From: Lentisphaerota bacterium
GTDB lineage: Bacteria > Verrucomicrobiota > Lentisphaeria > Victivallales > Victivallaceae
Direction of reading: 5' to 3'
Length of the DNA stretch: 64,000 nt
Assembly: GCA_024225035.1 (NCBI GenBank)
Contig: JAAEMX010000211.1
Span: 22,658 to 86,657, forward strand
The position numbers were made by a program, and so were the translations under genes. The notes beneath the pieces were generated by a model that saw only the letters and a program-made list of their open reading frames with translations, was not told the origin of the DNA and made no database searches. Shown here one piece after another: positions 36,702 through 46,044 of this stretch (positions are counted from its first letter, which is position 1; the number at the start of each line of letters is the position of its first letter).

Positions 36702-39245
36702 GTGTCGACCTCTAAGAATACGTCACCCCCTGTAAAGCGCAGAAGAAGAGGGCTGCCGACGAGTATTAGACGTGACCATGAGAGATTGAATCAAAAACTG
36801 CATGCAGCATTAAACAAGTGCAGCAAAGTACAGTTAAGGCAGTTGGAAAGAGATGTTCTCTCAATGAACAGGACGCTCAAACTCTACAGTCGCAGGTCTT
36901 CAGGAGAAGCAGAAAAAGCTATCGAAGTCATTAACGCATCTCTATTCAAAGTAAAAGAAGGTGTTGCCGAACGTGAAAAGGCAGCAAAAACAATAATTGC
37001 CATTCGGGCAAAAAACGCTGTTGAAAAGAAGCGACTGGATAAATTGCAGAAAGAGGTAAGAAGCGCTCTTAGACAGGCAAAATCTATTTCAGCAAAATCT
37101 ATTTCAGCAAAATATAAAATTCTATTTGCCTTTTCCAGTTTACCCACAGGAAAAAGGACGATCTCAAAGTTTAACTCTATTATAAAAGAAAATGGTAAAA
37201 GGCTTGGGCGTCAAGATAAAAAAATTATTGTCAGAATTGCAGCCTTATTAATAAACAATTACCAGCCGCAAAAAATATTGATAAAATACTTTGGACTTTT
37301 GAAAGATAAACAGCTCCCGTGGAGTATTAATGGCTATCAATATAAAATTATTGAAAATACTCCGAGATACTTCAAGATAAAGACGAAGTATAGCGAAGGA
37401 GCATATGGTATTAAAAAAATAAGTTGGAGCAGAATAACTGATGAGCATCTTTTGATGTTGTGGGATTGGTATATTATTGCATCCAAGGGGGAATTGACCG
37501 AAAGTGAAATTCAAAACGCCTCTCGCTGGCTCTTTACCGAAAAACATTATAAAATGTTAAAAGAATTTGCAGATAAGTATTGTTCAAAAAAGGATAAAGC
37601 ATTTTGGGACTCAATTCTCACCGAAACTGCAGATTCAGGAGTAGAATCCTCAGCTCTGTTATGTGCTGTCAATATTTTCAATGCCTTCAGGGCAGGGAAG
37701 AATGATAGACTTGTTTCACTTTCAGGACAATGGTGTAGAGAATTTACAGAAACTAAAACATATGCCAGGTTTAACAAGGTTATTGATAAAATAATAGCCA
37801 GAGGGAAAATCAGCTCTCCACTGGTCGCTGTTTCTAATGCATTATCAAAAGACCTTAAGCCTATTCAAATATGGGACATAGCCACAAGGTTCCAGCGACT
37901 TAAATGCGTTGACTCTGTAAGTAAAGAAGCTCTTCGAAAAAAATTTATGCTGGCGATGAACCAAATGAAAGGCAATCGAGAATATACTGGTACGTTTGGT
38001 GTATTCAATTATGTTCCAGCCGGAGGAATATACGGCTGGTCAGCTCCGGGAGATTCACAACAGATGTATTCTGCTCCTTTGCTTTATATACCGGCAATGA
38101 TGGATATCGGAGCATGGGCAAACGTTGCTGTCGTAATACTTAGGCGTCCAAATTCTTTAGGAATAAATGCACATTTTGATCAGGAGCTAAGACAGTGGCA
38201 TCCTTATTTTCTCTACAGTGCAGGTTGGGCAGCGTGGCAACTTGATTCTGAAGGCGTTCTAAAAATGTCTCTGGACAGACTCGAAAAGATTTTACGAACC
38301 GGAGGTGGTTTTGATAAAAGTGCGTATGCTTTGGCCGCAAATTTGGCAATGAAGAAGGAAAATCCTGAGCGCGCTATTAAGATTCTTAAACTATATAAAC
38401 CATCACGAAAAGAACATGATTTCCTGTTACCTTTATTCTATCTGAAAGCTTTAATAGCTCAAAATAAAATGAGTGAAAAACAAATTTCCGGATACAATGG
38501 AAAGTTAATTCGGCAGCACGGCAACAGCAAACTGCTTGAAAAAGATATTAAGCTACTTGGCATTTTAAAAAGTATAGTTTCTGGCAAAAAAGTTAATATA
38601 AGGTCAATAACGGCCAGTTTACTTGAAGGCTCATCGTATCCTCGGCTTTGGGGAGAACTGTTAACAGAGGCTGCCGCTAGAGATCTTTTATTGAGGAGAG
38701 ATTCACTTTCCTCTGTGGATTTTATAAAAGTTCTAAAAAAGATAAGTAAAGGGTCTGTCTTTTATGCTGATCTGAACCGCCAAATATTACTATATGAACT
38801 GGGCTCGCAAGAGCTGTATCCAGGCAGGGTACTTAGAATACTGGAGACTTCAATCACTGATTATCGTCCGAGCATGATGCCTCTTTATCCAGATATGGTA
38901 TTGCTGAGATCAGCATTTTACAGTTTGAACAGTAATGCTAAATCTATTGCTCATATTTTAAAATCATATTCTAATTACTGTCCCTTGTTTTCTAACTTTG
39001 AAATGCAGGCTTCTGTTCTAGCAAAAAGTTCTCCTGAAAAGGCATTAGCCTTATTCAAAAACTTAGAACGCAGGCGTCCACCTTCAGGAACTCTCTTGAA
39101 TTTAGGTATTCTTACTGCACTTGTACATTCCGACAGTAAATGCTCACAACAGGTTTTAAATGTTTTAAAGAAGCATGAAACGCAAATGAGCTGGACAGAG
39201 AAATTAATATTAAAGCGCTTTGAAACCTTGCTCAAAGCGCTTTGA
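36702..39245 (+). CDS. large hypothetical alpha-helical protein (847 aa), co-operonic with the Ser/Thr kinase
   Basis: GTG start 5 nt after the kinase stop. Basic N-terminus (KRRRRGLP); contains a KSISAKSISAK repeat; no recognisable catalytic motif. Confidence 0.45.
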   Translation: MSTSKNTSPPVKRRRRGLPTSIRRDHERLNQKLHAALNKCSKVQLRQLERDVLSMNRTLKLYSRRSSGEAEKAIEVINASLFKVKEGVAEREKAAKTIIAIRAKNAVEKKRLDKLQKEVRSALRQAKSISAKSISAKYKILFAFSSLPTGKRTISKFNSIIKENGKRLGRQDKKIIVRIAALLINNYQPQKILIKYFGLLKDKQLPWSINGYQYKIIENTPRYFKIKTKYSEGAYGIKKISWSRITDEHLLMLWDWYIIASKGELTESEIQNASRWLFTEKHYKMLKEFADKYCSKKDKAFWDSILTETADSGVESSALLCAVNIFNAFRAGKNDRLVSLSGQWCREFTETKTYARFNKVIDKIIARGKISSPLVAVSNALSKDLKPIQIWDIATRFQRLKCVDSVSKEALRKKFMLAMNQMKGNREYTGTFGVFNYVPAGGIYGWSAPGDSQQMYSAPLLYIPAMMDIGAWANVAVVILRRPNSLGINAHFDQELRQWHPYFLYSAGWAAWQLDSEGVLKMSLDRLEKILRTGGGFDKSAYALAANLAMKKENPERAIKILKLYKPSRKEHDFLLPLFYLKALIAQNKMSEKQISGYNGKLIRQHGNSKLLEKDIKLLGILKSIVSGKKVNIRSITASLLEGSSYPRLWGELLTEAAARDLLLRRDSLSSVDFIKVLKKISKGSVFYADLNRQILLYELGSQELYPGRVLRILETSITDYRPSMMPLYPDMVLLRSAFYSLNSNAKSIAHILKSYSNYCPLFSNFEMQASVLAKSSPEKALALFKNLERRRPPSGTLLNLGILTALVHSDSKCSQQVLNVLKKHETQMSWTEKLILKRFETLLKAL
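37079..37113 (+). repeat. 15-bp direct tandem repeat (2.3 copies) inside CDS
   Basis: aaaatctatttcagc x2 plus a partial third copy, encoding KSISA-KSISA. Confidence 0.6.
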
Positions 39246-39247
39246 AA

Positions 39248-39781
39248 TTATCTTTGGTAAAGATCATTTCCTTCTGAATCTATAGCGACAATCAAAGGCA
39301 TATTTTCAACTTCAAGTCGATGTATGGCTTCAGGACCGAGATCATCATAACAAACAACCTCACATGACTTAATGCAACGCGCAATTAAGGCAGCAGCACC
39401 GCCTGTTGCAGCAAAATATACACAACCATACTTTTTCATGGTGTCAATCACCTCAGGACTGCGTCCGCCTTTTCCAATCATCGCCCGTAATCCAGTGCTG
39501 GCTATAACAGTTGGAGAATAGGCATCCATGCGATAACTGGTAGTAGGGCCGGCACTGCCAATTGGTTGCCCTGGCTTTGCGGGGCATGGGCCGACAAAAT
39601 ATATTGTCTGACCATTGAGATCTACTGGCAGCTCTTTACCTGCTTCTATAAGGTCACATAAGCGTTTATGAGCAGCATCACGACCAGTGTATATAACGCC
39701 AGAAAGCAAAACTTGATCGCCTGCTTTCAATTTTCTTACGGTATTTTCGTCAAATGGGGTACTTAAACTAACTAAACTCAT
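39248..39781 (-). CDS. class I (Fe-S) fumarate/tartrate hydro-lyase, beta subunit (C-terminal-domain type); mesaconase candidate
   Basis: TtdB/FumA-C motifs (GPCPAKPGQPIGSAGPTTSYRMD, VYFAATGGAAALIA). Last gene of the glutamate mutase operon. Confidence 0.85.
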   Translation of the reverse strand: MSLVSLSTPFDENTVRKLKAGDQVLLSGVIYTGRDAAHKRLCDLIEAGKELPVDLNGQTIYFVGPCPAKPGQPIGSAGPTTSYRMDAYSPTVIASTGLRAMIGKGGRSPEVIDTMKKYGCVYFAATGGAAALIARCIKSCEVVCYDDLGPEAIHRLEVENMPLIVAIDSEGNDLYQR

Positions 39782-39790
39782 TGCGTTTCC

Positions 39791-40696
39791 TCAAATCTCA
39801 AATCCGGCATGCCTTGCTGCATGACAGTTAAGGTTAACGGCTACAGGCAGAGAAGCTATATGACATGGGAATTTCTCTATATGGACAGCCAGAGCCGTAG
39901 TATCACCGCCCAGTCCTTGAGGCCCAACGCCGGAAGCATTGATTTTCTTTAGAATTTCCTGTTCAAGCTCAGCGTATTCTTTTTCATCATGAGGCTGACC
40001 AACTTCTCTAAGCAAAGACTTTTTCGCTAAAAAAGCAGCCTTTTCAAATGTTCCGCCAATTCCTACGCCCACAATTGTAGGCGGACACGGGTTGCCGCCA
40101 GCGCCGGTAACAGTCTGTACAACAAAATCAATTATGCCTTCTTTACCATCTGATGGTTTCAGCATTTTAAGTTGACTCATATTTTCTGAACCACCGCCCT
40201 TAGGAGCTAGTACAACACTAATTTTATCGCCGGGAACGAGTTTCAGATGGATAATTGGCGGAGTATTATCTCCCGTATTCTCACGGTTAAAAATCGGGTC
40301 TTTTACGATTGACTTACGGAGATACCCTTCTTTATAACCTTTACCTGTTCCTTCGGTAATAGCTTCATAAATTGTGCCGCCATCAACTTTCACCAATTCT
40401 CCCATTTCTACAAAGAAAACAGCAAACCCTGTATCTTGACATATAGGCATACGCTCAGTTGAAGCAATTTCCGCATTCTCCAAGTACTGCCGCAAAAATT
40501 CTTTTGCACGCACCGAGTTTTCAGAATTGAGATATTCCTTTAGCTTATTAAGAACATCCTGAGGTAGGTCGTAAGCTGCCTTCATGCAGCAAGCAGCAAC
40601 TTCATTGACAATTCTGTCGTACGGAACATGCCTGAGCATATCCTTGAGGCTTTTATTCTTCGCTATTTTTAAGACTCCCATGACCTGATTCACCAA
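39791..40696 (-). CDS. class I (Fe-S) fumarate/tartrate hydro-lyase, alpha subunit; mesaconase candidate
   Basis: TtdA/FumA-N fold with the CQDTG motif and Cys ligands. Confidence 0.85.
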   Translation of the reverse strand: MVNQVMGVLKIAKNKSLKDMLRHVPYDRIVNEVAACCMKAAYDLPQDVLNKLKEYLNSENSVRAKEFLRQYLENAEIASTERMPICQDTGFAVFFVEMGELVKVDGGTIYEAITEGTGKGYKEGYLRKSIVKDPIFNRENTGDNTPPIIHLKLVPGDKISVVLAPKGGGSENMSQLKMLKPSDGKEGIIDFVVQTVTGAGGNPCPPTIVGVGIGGTFEKAAFLAKKSLLREVGQPHDEKEYAELEQEILKKINASGVGPQGLGGDTTALAVHIEKFPCHIASLPVAVNLNCHAARHAGFEI

Positions 40697-40705
40697 TATA
40701 TTTGT

Positions 40706-41653
40706 TTAAGTTGAGACATTATCCTCTTCGCTATTTTTAGGAGGAAGGGTGCTGAACCCAGTTATTTCTTCCTGACCGGCAAGGCCGACAAGCAGATATT
40801 CTTTGCTGATTGGGTCCATGAAAAACTTCTTAAGCAGCCGGAAGTTCTCTATTTCACCAGTTGATTTGACATGAATACGCTTACCGGTACAATATATTTT
40901 ATCCTTTCGAACTTCAATATAGTTGCCTTCAGCGGCTTTTATCGGAATATCCTGTTTGATCAACTCCTTGATACGGTTTTCAAGTTCGTTAATATCAAAG
41001 TTCGGTTCTTCCGGAAAACCTATTACAAAGCCGTGTTTAACGTCAGAATGCAATTCCGGCAACTTACAATTATAAACATTTTTAAGCAGCCAGCAAGTAA
41101 GGTCCTCGGCACTGTGGGCCATAAGACGGTACTTGGCGTTTTTTTCAATACTGGACTTTATATCCAATGGAGACGGGCCAAACACTGTTGGTCGGAATAC
41201 GCGTAAATCTTCACCAATAGCAAAAATGATCTGCGCATTATAGCCTAAGTGATTATAAATAAGGTCAAAATGCTCAACAACAACTCTTTTTCCTGCTGTG
41301 ATAGCTCGGTTTACTGCTTCAGCAATCTCAAAAAGTTGATGGAAGGCCGATTCGAACCGGATGTCAATATGAAAGGTATGACCTGCAAAATAATCATCTT
41401 CTGAAAAGTCATAAAGCGGAGCGCGACGATTATTTATACCATCATCATCATTAGTCAGCTCAAGGCCTGGGAATAGACCTCTGATAAGGGTAGACTTACC
41501 GGAACCTTCACATCCGATAATTCCGACAAGTCTATCTTCTGCATCCAAATAGCGCTGCGATAAAAAGTGAGCCATTCTGTACAGGCGACGCTTCCCGCGC
41601 GGCGCATGATACTGCGCTGTTATCAAATTGTTTTCCAGCAATCGGCCGGGCAT
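40706..41653 (-). CDS. uncharacterised P-loop NTPase
   Basis: Walker A motif GCEGSGKSTL. No further recognisable family. Embedded between the DUF4387 gene and the fumarase genes. Confidence 0.5.
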   Translation of the reverse strand: MPGRLLENNLITAQYHAPRGKRRLYRMAHFLSQRYLDAEDRLVGIIGCEGSGKSTLIRGLFPGLELTNDDDGINNRRAPLYDFSEDDYFAGHTFHIDIRFESAFHQLFEIAEAVNRAITAGKRVVVEHFDLIYNHLGYNAQIIFAIGEDLRVFRPTVFGPSPLDIKSSIEKNAKYRLMAHSAEDLTCWLLKNVYNCKLPELHSDVKHGFVIGFPEEPNFDINELENRIKELIKQDIPIKAAEGNYIEVRKDKIYCTGKRIHVKSTGEIENFRLLKKFFMDPISKEYLLVGLAGQEEITGFSTLPPKNSEEDNVST

Positions 41654-41655
41654 AT

Positions 41656-41973
41656 TTATACCTCTAGTTCAAGTTTAAGCAATGGCGCGTGCTGTTGAGC
41701 CCCGTAAACGTCAGTGTCACCGGGTGCGCCTGAAGCCACAGGGCGATCCATGACCGCCTTAATAGCTCTTGCAACATCAAAGTAGATAACTTTTTTTACT
41801 TTATCCAACGGAATTCCATAGGCTTCCGCAATGACTTCTTTATTGATGGCATTGGCATCCTTGATAGCTTGGAAGTCAGCTTCATCTTTAATGATGATAT
41901 CCATTGTCAATTCAAAAGGACTGCAGTTCTTGGAACGAATCACCGTTGCCGCGTCAATTAATTTCATTTTCAT
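41656..41973 (-). CDS. DUF4387-like small protein (AtuA C-terminal-domain-like)
   Basis: 105 aa, immediately downstream of the DUF1446 gene, as in split AtuA-like pairs. Confidence 0.5.
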   Translation of the reverse strand: MKMKLIDAATVIRSKNCSPFELTMDIIIKDEADFQAIKDANAINKEVIAEAYGIPLDKVKKVIYFDVARAIKAVMDRPVASGAPGDTDVYGAQQHAPLLKLELEV

Positions 41974-41990
41974 AGCAGGTGCCCCCCTTA

Positions 41991-43352
41991 TTATAGCTCA
42001 TGAATTTCAGTTTTAAACACGTCATTCTCGTCAATCTCCAACAAATGGTAAATAGAGAACTTGTAGACATCTCCAGCGCTGATATCAGATGGAGAGAACG
42101 GGAACGCCAGATTTCCGGCAGTTGCAATGCGCCCGGGATATCCGTAATGCAGCAATGTTGAACGAACAATACTGCAGATAGCATCAGCATCATTCTGGCT
42201 GTCAGCCAGAGTTTCAATCAGTACGCAAACTTCAAGTGATTCCATTTTTTCAGGCTCAAGGTCGGCCATTACGCCATTTTTACCATAAACATGGAAGAAA
42301 ATTTCACCTTTTACACCCTCAGATTCAAGCATGGAAGAGGTGTTTTCTTTGACAGTTTCAAGGATTGAATCAATCTGCCTGATCATAATCGGATCACGAG
42401 TACCGGCTATAGATATTGTTCTGCAGCCGACCTTTTCAGTTCCCTCGAGTTTCACTGTTGGGTTTTCTTCAGGAATGAATTTGGTGCCGGATACTTTAAT
42501 TCTTCCTTCAGGAAGCTCTTCAAATTTAACTTCGCTCAGATCAAGCATTCCACCTGGTCCAGGCAGTAAATATGGGTCTGATTTTTCATATAATGAATGA
42601 GCTGCAGTAGAGTTTTTAGTGAATTCTCTAATTGGATTAAGAGGAACTAATTCAAAATAGTCATCATGCAGAATGCCCATAACACAGTCGCAGCCTGACC
42701 CCGGACTTGCCGCTATAGCTGCGCATTCAAGAATTTTGCCCATGTGCAGAGCCAGAGCCGGATCAAAACCTAACGAAATCGGCTTTGCTGCAAAGGCTGT
42801 AGGATCGTACGCTCTCCCCGCAAGGACGACCTGGCAACCTTGATCAAAGGCATTTTTAATAGGACCAATTCCCATCTGAGCTACGATATTAGTAGCTTTG
42901 TCTACGGTTGCATCGTCAAGCTCTGGTAGTCCGCCTAGGGGTCTGGTTTTACCTGCTTTTATTGCAGTCTTGATTATTTCTTTATCAACATCTGCATAAA
43001 TAACGCCCATAGTGAACGCTAAATTATCTTCTTCTGCAATTTCTTCTGCAATCTCACGACACCAGTCAACATGAGGCTTGGCTCCGCATCCGCCAGCTGA
43101 CCCGATGACGGCAGGAATGTCAAGGTTATATGCAGCTTTCAGGATGTACCTTAAGTCACGTTTTACTCCGTCACGATTGGTAAAGGATTTACCTGAACCA
43201 AGGTAGTACGGGCCTGGGTCAACCGAACCAGCATCGATAGCAATCATATCTGGCTGCATCTCGATTCCGCGATTGAAAGATTCTTCCGGGAATCCATAGC
43301 CTAAGATTCCACTGGGTGAAAGGACTTTGAATTCTGTTTGAGGGATGTTCAT
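41991..43352 (-). CDS. DUF1446 (AtuA-like) family protein
   Basis: 453 aa. N-terminal GILGYGFPEESF and AIDAGSVDPGPYYLG motifs resemble the AtuA/DUF1446 family. The start overlaps the mal stop by 4 nt. Confidence 0.6.
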   Translation of the reverse strand: MNIPQTEFKVLSPSGILGYGFPEESFNRGIEMQPDMIAIDAGSVDPGPYYLGSGKSFTNRDGVKRDLRYILKAAYNLDIPAVIGSAGGCGAKPHVDWCREIAEEIAEEDNLAFTMGVIYADVDKEIIKTAIKAGKTRPLGGLPELDDATVDKATNIVAQMGIGPIKNAFDQGCQVVLAGRAYDPTAFAAKPISLGFDPALALHMGKILECAAIAASPGSGCDCVMGILHDDYFELVPLNPIREFTKNSTAAHSLYEKSDPYLLPGPGGMLDLSEVKFEELPEGRIKVSGTKFIPEENPTVKLEGTEKVGCRTISIAGTRDPIMIRQIDSILETVKENTSSMLESEGVKGEIFFHVYGKNGVMADLEPEKMESLEVCVLIETLADSQNDADAICSIVRSTLLHYGYPGRIATAGNLAFPFSPSDISAGDVYKFSIYHLLEIDENDVFKTEIHEL

Positions 43353-44602
43353 TCTTCTTCTCCGTATTTTGAGCGAAGCAGCGCAATGGAACGCTGCATT
43401 TCATTATTGGTGATCATGTAGCCTTCGTCAAAACCCATTCCCGGCTTGGCGAGAATGCGGGCAGGGCGGGTTGCCAGCGCCGCCTGGGTACAGCATCTGG
43501 CAGAAACGTCAGTTTCGTTACAAGTGCCGCCTTGATAAGCTTCCATGTCGTTTCTCTGACAGTAAAGAACAGCCTTGACAGTATTGTGAATGCTGCCAAG
43601 ATCCGGGGTTTTTATCTGAACCATATGGCAGCACTTAGTATCAGTGAAGTCAACAATGTCCTCATAAGTGTTGCACCATTCATCAGCGACAATCTTAGTA
43701 GCCGCTCCCATACGTTCCATTTCTTCTTTGATTTTACCGAGCATTTCGATTTGAGGTTCTTTGGCTTCCATGTCAACAGGACCTTCAATATATAAAGGCA
43801 GGCCTTTTGTCAATTTGCCAAGGTCAGTCAGGTATTGAGCAATTTTTACAGGATCATTATCAAAAATCGGTCCCAGGTTGCCATATACATCAATATGGAT
43901 AGCAGGACGGTAATCCCCGTCAGGGCCTAATTCGAAAATTCTATTAGTCAGCCATTCAATATATTCAGCAAGCTTTTCGCCGTTGAGCCCAAGCTTGGTT
44001 TCTATATGATTGATAAGTGCGTGTGGCAACACATCAACACCCTTAATAATCATTTTATCTGAAGCATTGTAGCGATCGTCACCACTCTGACCAAAAATTG
44101 GAATTTTTTCAGCTATTACAGGCAGTGAAAACTCTTCGCACAACACTTCGCACATTAATTTGCCTTCGCTTTTGGCCTTAGCGTCAAGCAAAGCCTGACT
44201 CAAACCATAGCGTAAAGCTGTATGTAATGGTTTTCCATCAATCTTCAGCTGATCAATATAAGCAGCAGTTTCGCGGAAACTGTCGATACTCAAGCCTAGT
44301 AAAATAGGACTGATATGTTCTTCCATGAAAGGAATATAAGTTTCAGCAAGGAGCAAGGGATCACGGCCGCCAGCTCCACTGTACTGTACAGCAGCAGCAT
44401 CGCCAACGCCTACCTGACCATTTTCCATTTCAAGCATGATTGAGATTGACTCTCCTGACTGCCTGATAGCGGTAAAGCCTTCTGTTACCGGATCACCTAC
44501 ATAGGTAAATCCATCATGGCCTGCGCCCTGTTTGATTGCACGTTGATCATCGAAGAAAAAACCGGTTTTACCTGCAGAATATGTTATATTTTTTATTTTC
44601 AT
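43349..44602 (-). CDS. mal: methylaspartate ammonia-lyase (beta-methylaspartase)
   Basis: N-terminus MKIKNITYSAGKTGFFFDDQRAIKQGAGHDGFTY closely matches the MAL N-terminus; enolase-superfamily length (417 aa). Confidence 0.9.
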   Translation of the reverse strand: MKIKNITYSAGKTGFFFDDQRAIKQGAGHDGFTYVGDPVTEGFTAIRQSGESISIMLEMENGQVGVGDAAAVQYSGAGGRDPLLLAETYIPFMEEHISPILLGLSIDSFRETAAYIDQLKIDGKPLHTALRYGLSQALLDAKAKSEGKLMCEVLCEEFSLPVIAEKIPIFGQSGDDRYNASDKMIIKGVDVLPHALINHIETKLGLNGEKLAEYIEWLTNRIFELGPDGDYRPAIHIDVYGNLGPIFDNDPVKIAQYLTDLGKLTKGLPLYIEGPVDMEAKEPQIEMLGKIKEEMERMGAATKIVADEWCNTYEDIVDFTDTKCCHMVQIKTPDLGSIHNTVKAVLYCQRNDMEAYQGGTCNETDVSARCCTQAALATRPARILAKPGMGFDEGYMITNNEMQRSIALLRSKYGEEE

Positions 44603-46044
44603 CGTGGCCTCCCGACTAGTCTGCCTTTACTTATTGAATAAATATCATCAATTACCATTTGAAAACTTGCTTCACGTTTTTCAATGTCTGCTCTTTTCTG
44701 GATCAATTCTTTATGAATTTTTCGGATATCTTCAGGAATTGGAACTTTGCCGAAATCCAAAATACGAATTGCTCCATGATTGTCGCGAACCGGCATCATT
44801 TTGCCTGGGTTGGCAAGAGAAGGAGCAAATGGGATATCTATAACTCCGGCCTGAAATGCTCTTACAGCTCCCTCTGCAATATTACCGTTTCCAAGCTGTA
44901 AAGTAGCATCCATCAAAGCACGAGTTTCACGTTTAATAAGTTCAACTTCCCAGAGCATCTGTTTGGTTTCAGGAACTTCCTGATCAGCCAGCATGTTAAC
45001 AATCTGCCGAGTGCATTTCAGCCCTTCGAGATTGGCTTCTTTGGTAGGAATACCAAATGCTTCATGCGGAGTTTTTACGATAACTTTTGTCGCTTTTGCA
45101 AGTGCCGCAGCAGTTCCGCCCCAGGTTATCACAGAAAATGCTTTAGCCTGGTCTTCAGGGAAACCTCCCATCCATTGATGCAGAACAGTACTTAACTCGT
45201 AATCATTGTATCCAGCTTTCTGGAAATATTCATCTGCTAATTCACGCAAGGCCATCATAGCAGCGATATCCTGAATCATATTGCCGGCCTGACCATAACC
45301 GAGAGTGATCGACCTTACTCCCTGTTCAAGTGCCATTAGACCTTCCAGTATAGCAACTGTATGGCTGGCAAACGGCGGCACCAGAGTGCCGGAAAGAGGG
45401 CCAAAAGGTTCACGGTTTATTCTTACGCCTTGCTCCTCAAAATATCCAACGAGTCGGTCAATGTACTGCCAGCAGGAAATGGAATGCTCCAAAGTAACTT
45501 TTTTAGCATAAGGAATATTATAAGAGATACCGCCCCCCTCATATGAGGTAAAGCCGGCTGCAAATGAAATTTCCGCCAGCAAACGTGCATCTGGAGTTCC
45601 ATGTCTGATTTCTACAGGTTTACTAAGGCTTTCGACTAATCGACGGCATTCTGCTATGCCGTGGTTAACAGCAGGGAATCCATTTAATAAAGATTGGCCT
45701 GCAGCCTTTGACTTTTCGATGCCGCGTTGAGCTTCGTTATATTGATTGAGTCGTGTGTATGCGTCGATAGTTGTGGGGAGCAGGTCGCATTCAGGCTCTA
45801 GAAATTTCAGCAATTGAATATGCTCTTCAACCAATGCTACTCCTGCACGAGGTTGTAAGAGAACCTGTTTGGCCTGGTCCGCTTCATGCATCTTTTTCGC
45901 AAAGTTCATACTGTCGGGTAAGCCGCGCTGGTATTGAACCGCGTCTTCGAGGTCAACGTCCTGACCTGTCGGCCAGGTTTGCAAAGCGCCTTCGCGCATT
46001 TGCATGAATTCGCTTTCGGGAATTTTCCCTTGGTAAAGCTTCAT
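44599..46044 (-). CDS. glmE: glutamate mutase (methylaspartate mutase) E/epsilon subunit
   Basis: 481 aa TIM-barrel subunit with a characteristic N-terminus, in operon order S-L-E-mal. Confidence 0.9.
   Translation of the reverse strand: MKLYQGKIPESEFMQMREGALQTWPTGQDVDLEDAVQYQRGLPDSMNFAKKMHEADQAKQVLLQPRAGVALVEEHIQLLKFLEPECDLLPTTIDAYTRLNQYNEAQRGIEKSKAAGQSLLNGFPAVNHGIAECRRLVESLSKPVEIRHGTPDARLLAEISFAAGFTSYEGGGISYNIPYAKKVTLEHSISCWQYIDRLVGYFEEQGVRINREPFGPLSGTLVPPFASHTVAILEGLMALEQGVRSITLGYGQAGNMIQDIAAMMALRELADEYFQKAGYNDYELSTVLHQWMGGFPEDQAKAFSVITWGGTAAALAKATKVIVKTPHEAFGIPTKEANLEGLKCTRQIVNMLADQEVPETKQMLWEVELIKRETRALMDATLQLGNGNIAEGAVRAFQAGVIDIPFAPSLANPGKMMPVRDNHGAIRILDFGKVPIPEDIRKIHKELIQKRADIEKREASFQMVIDDIYSISKGRLVGRPR

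Noticed and set aside
37079-37113. 15-bp tandem repeat considered as a possible CRISPR or minisatellite
   Set aside because: Only 2.3 copies, no spacers, and it is in-frame inside a CDS (encodes KSISAKSISA). A simple coding repeat.
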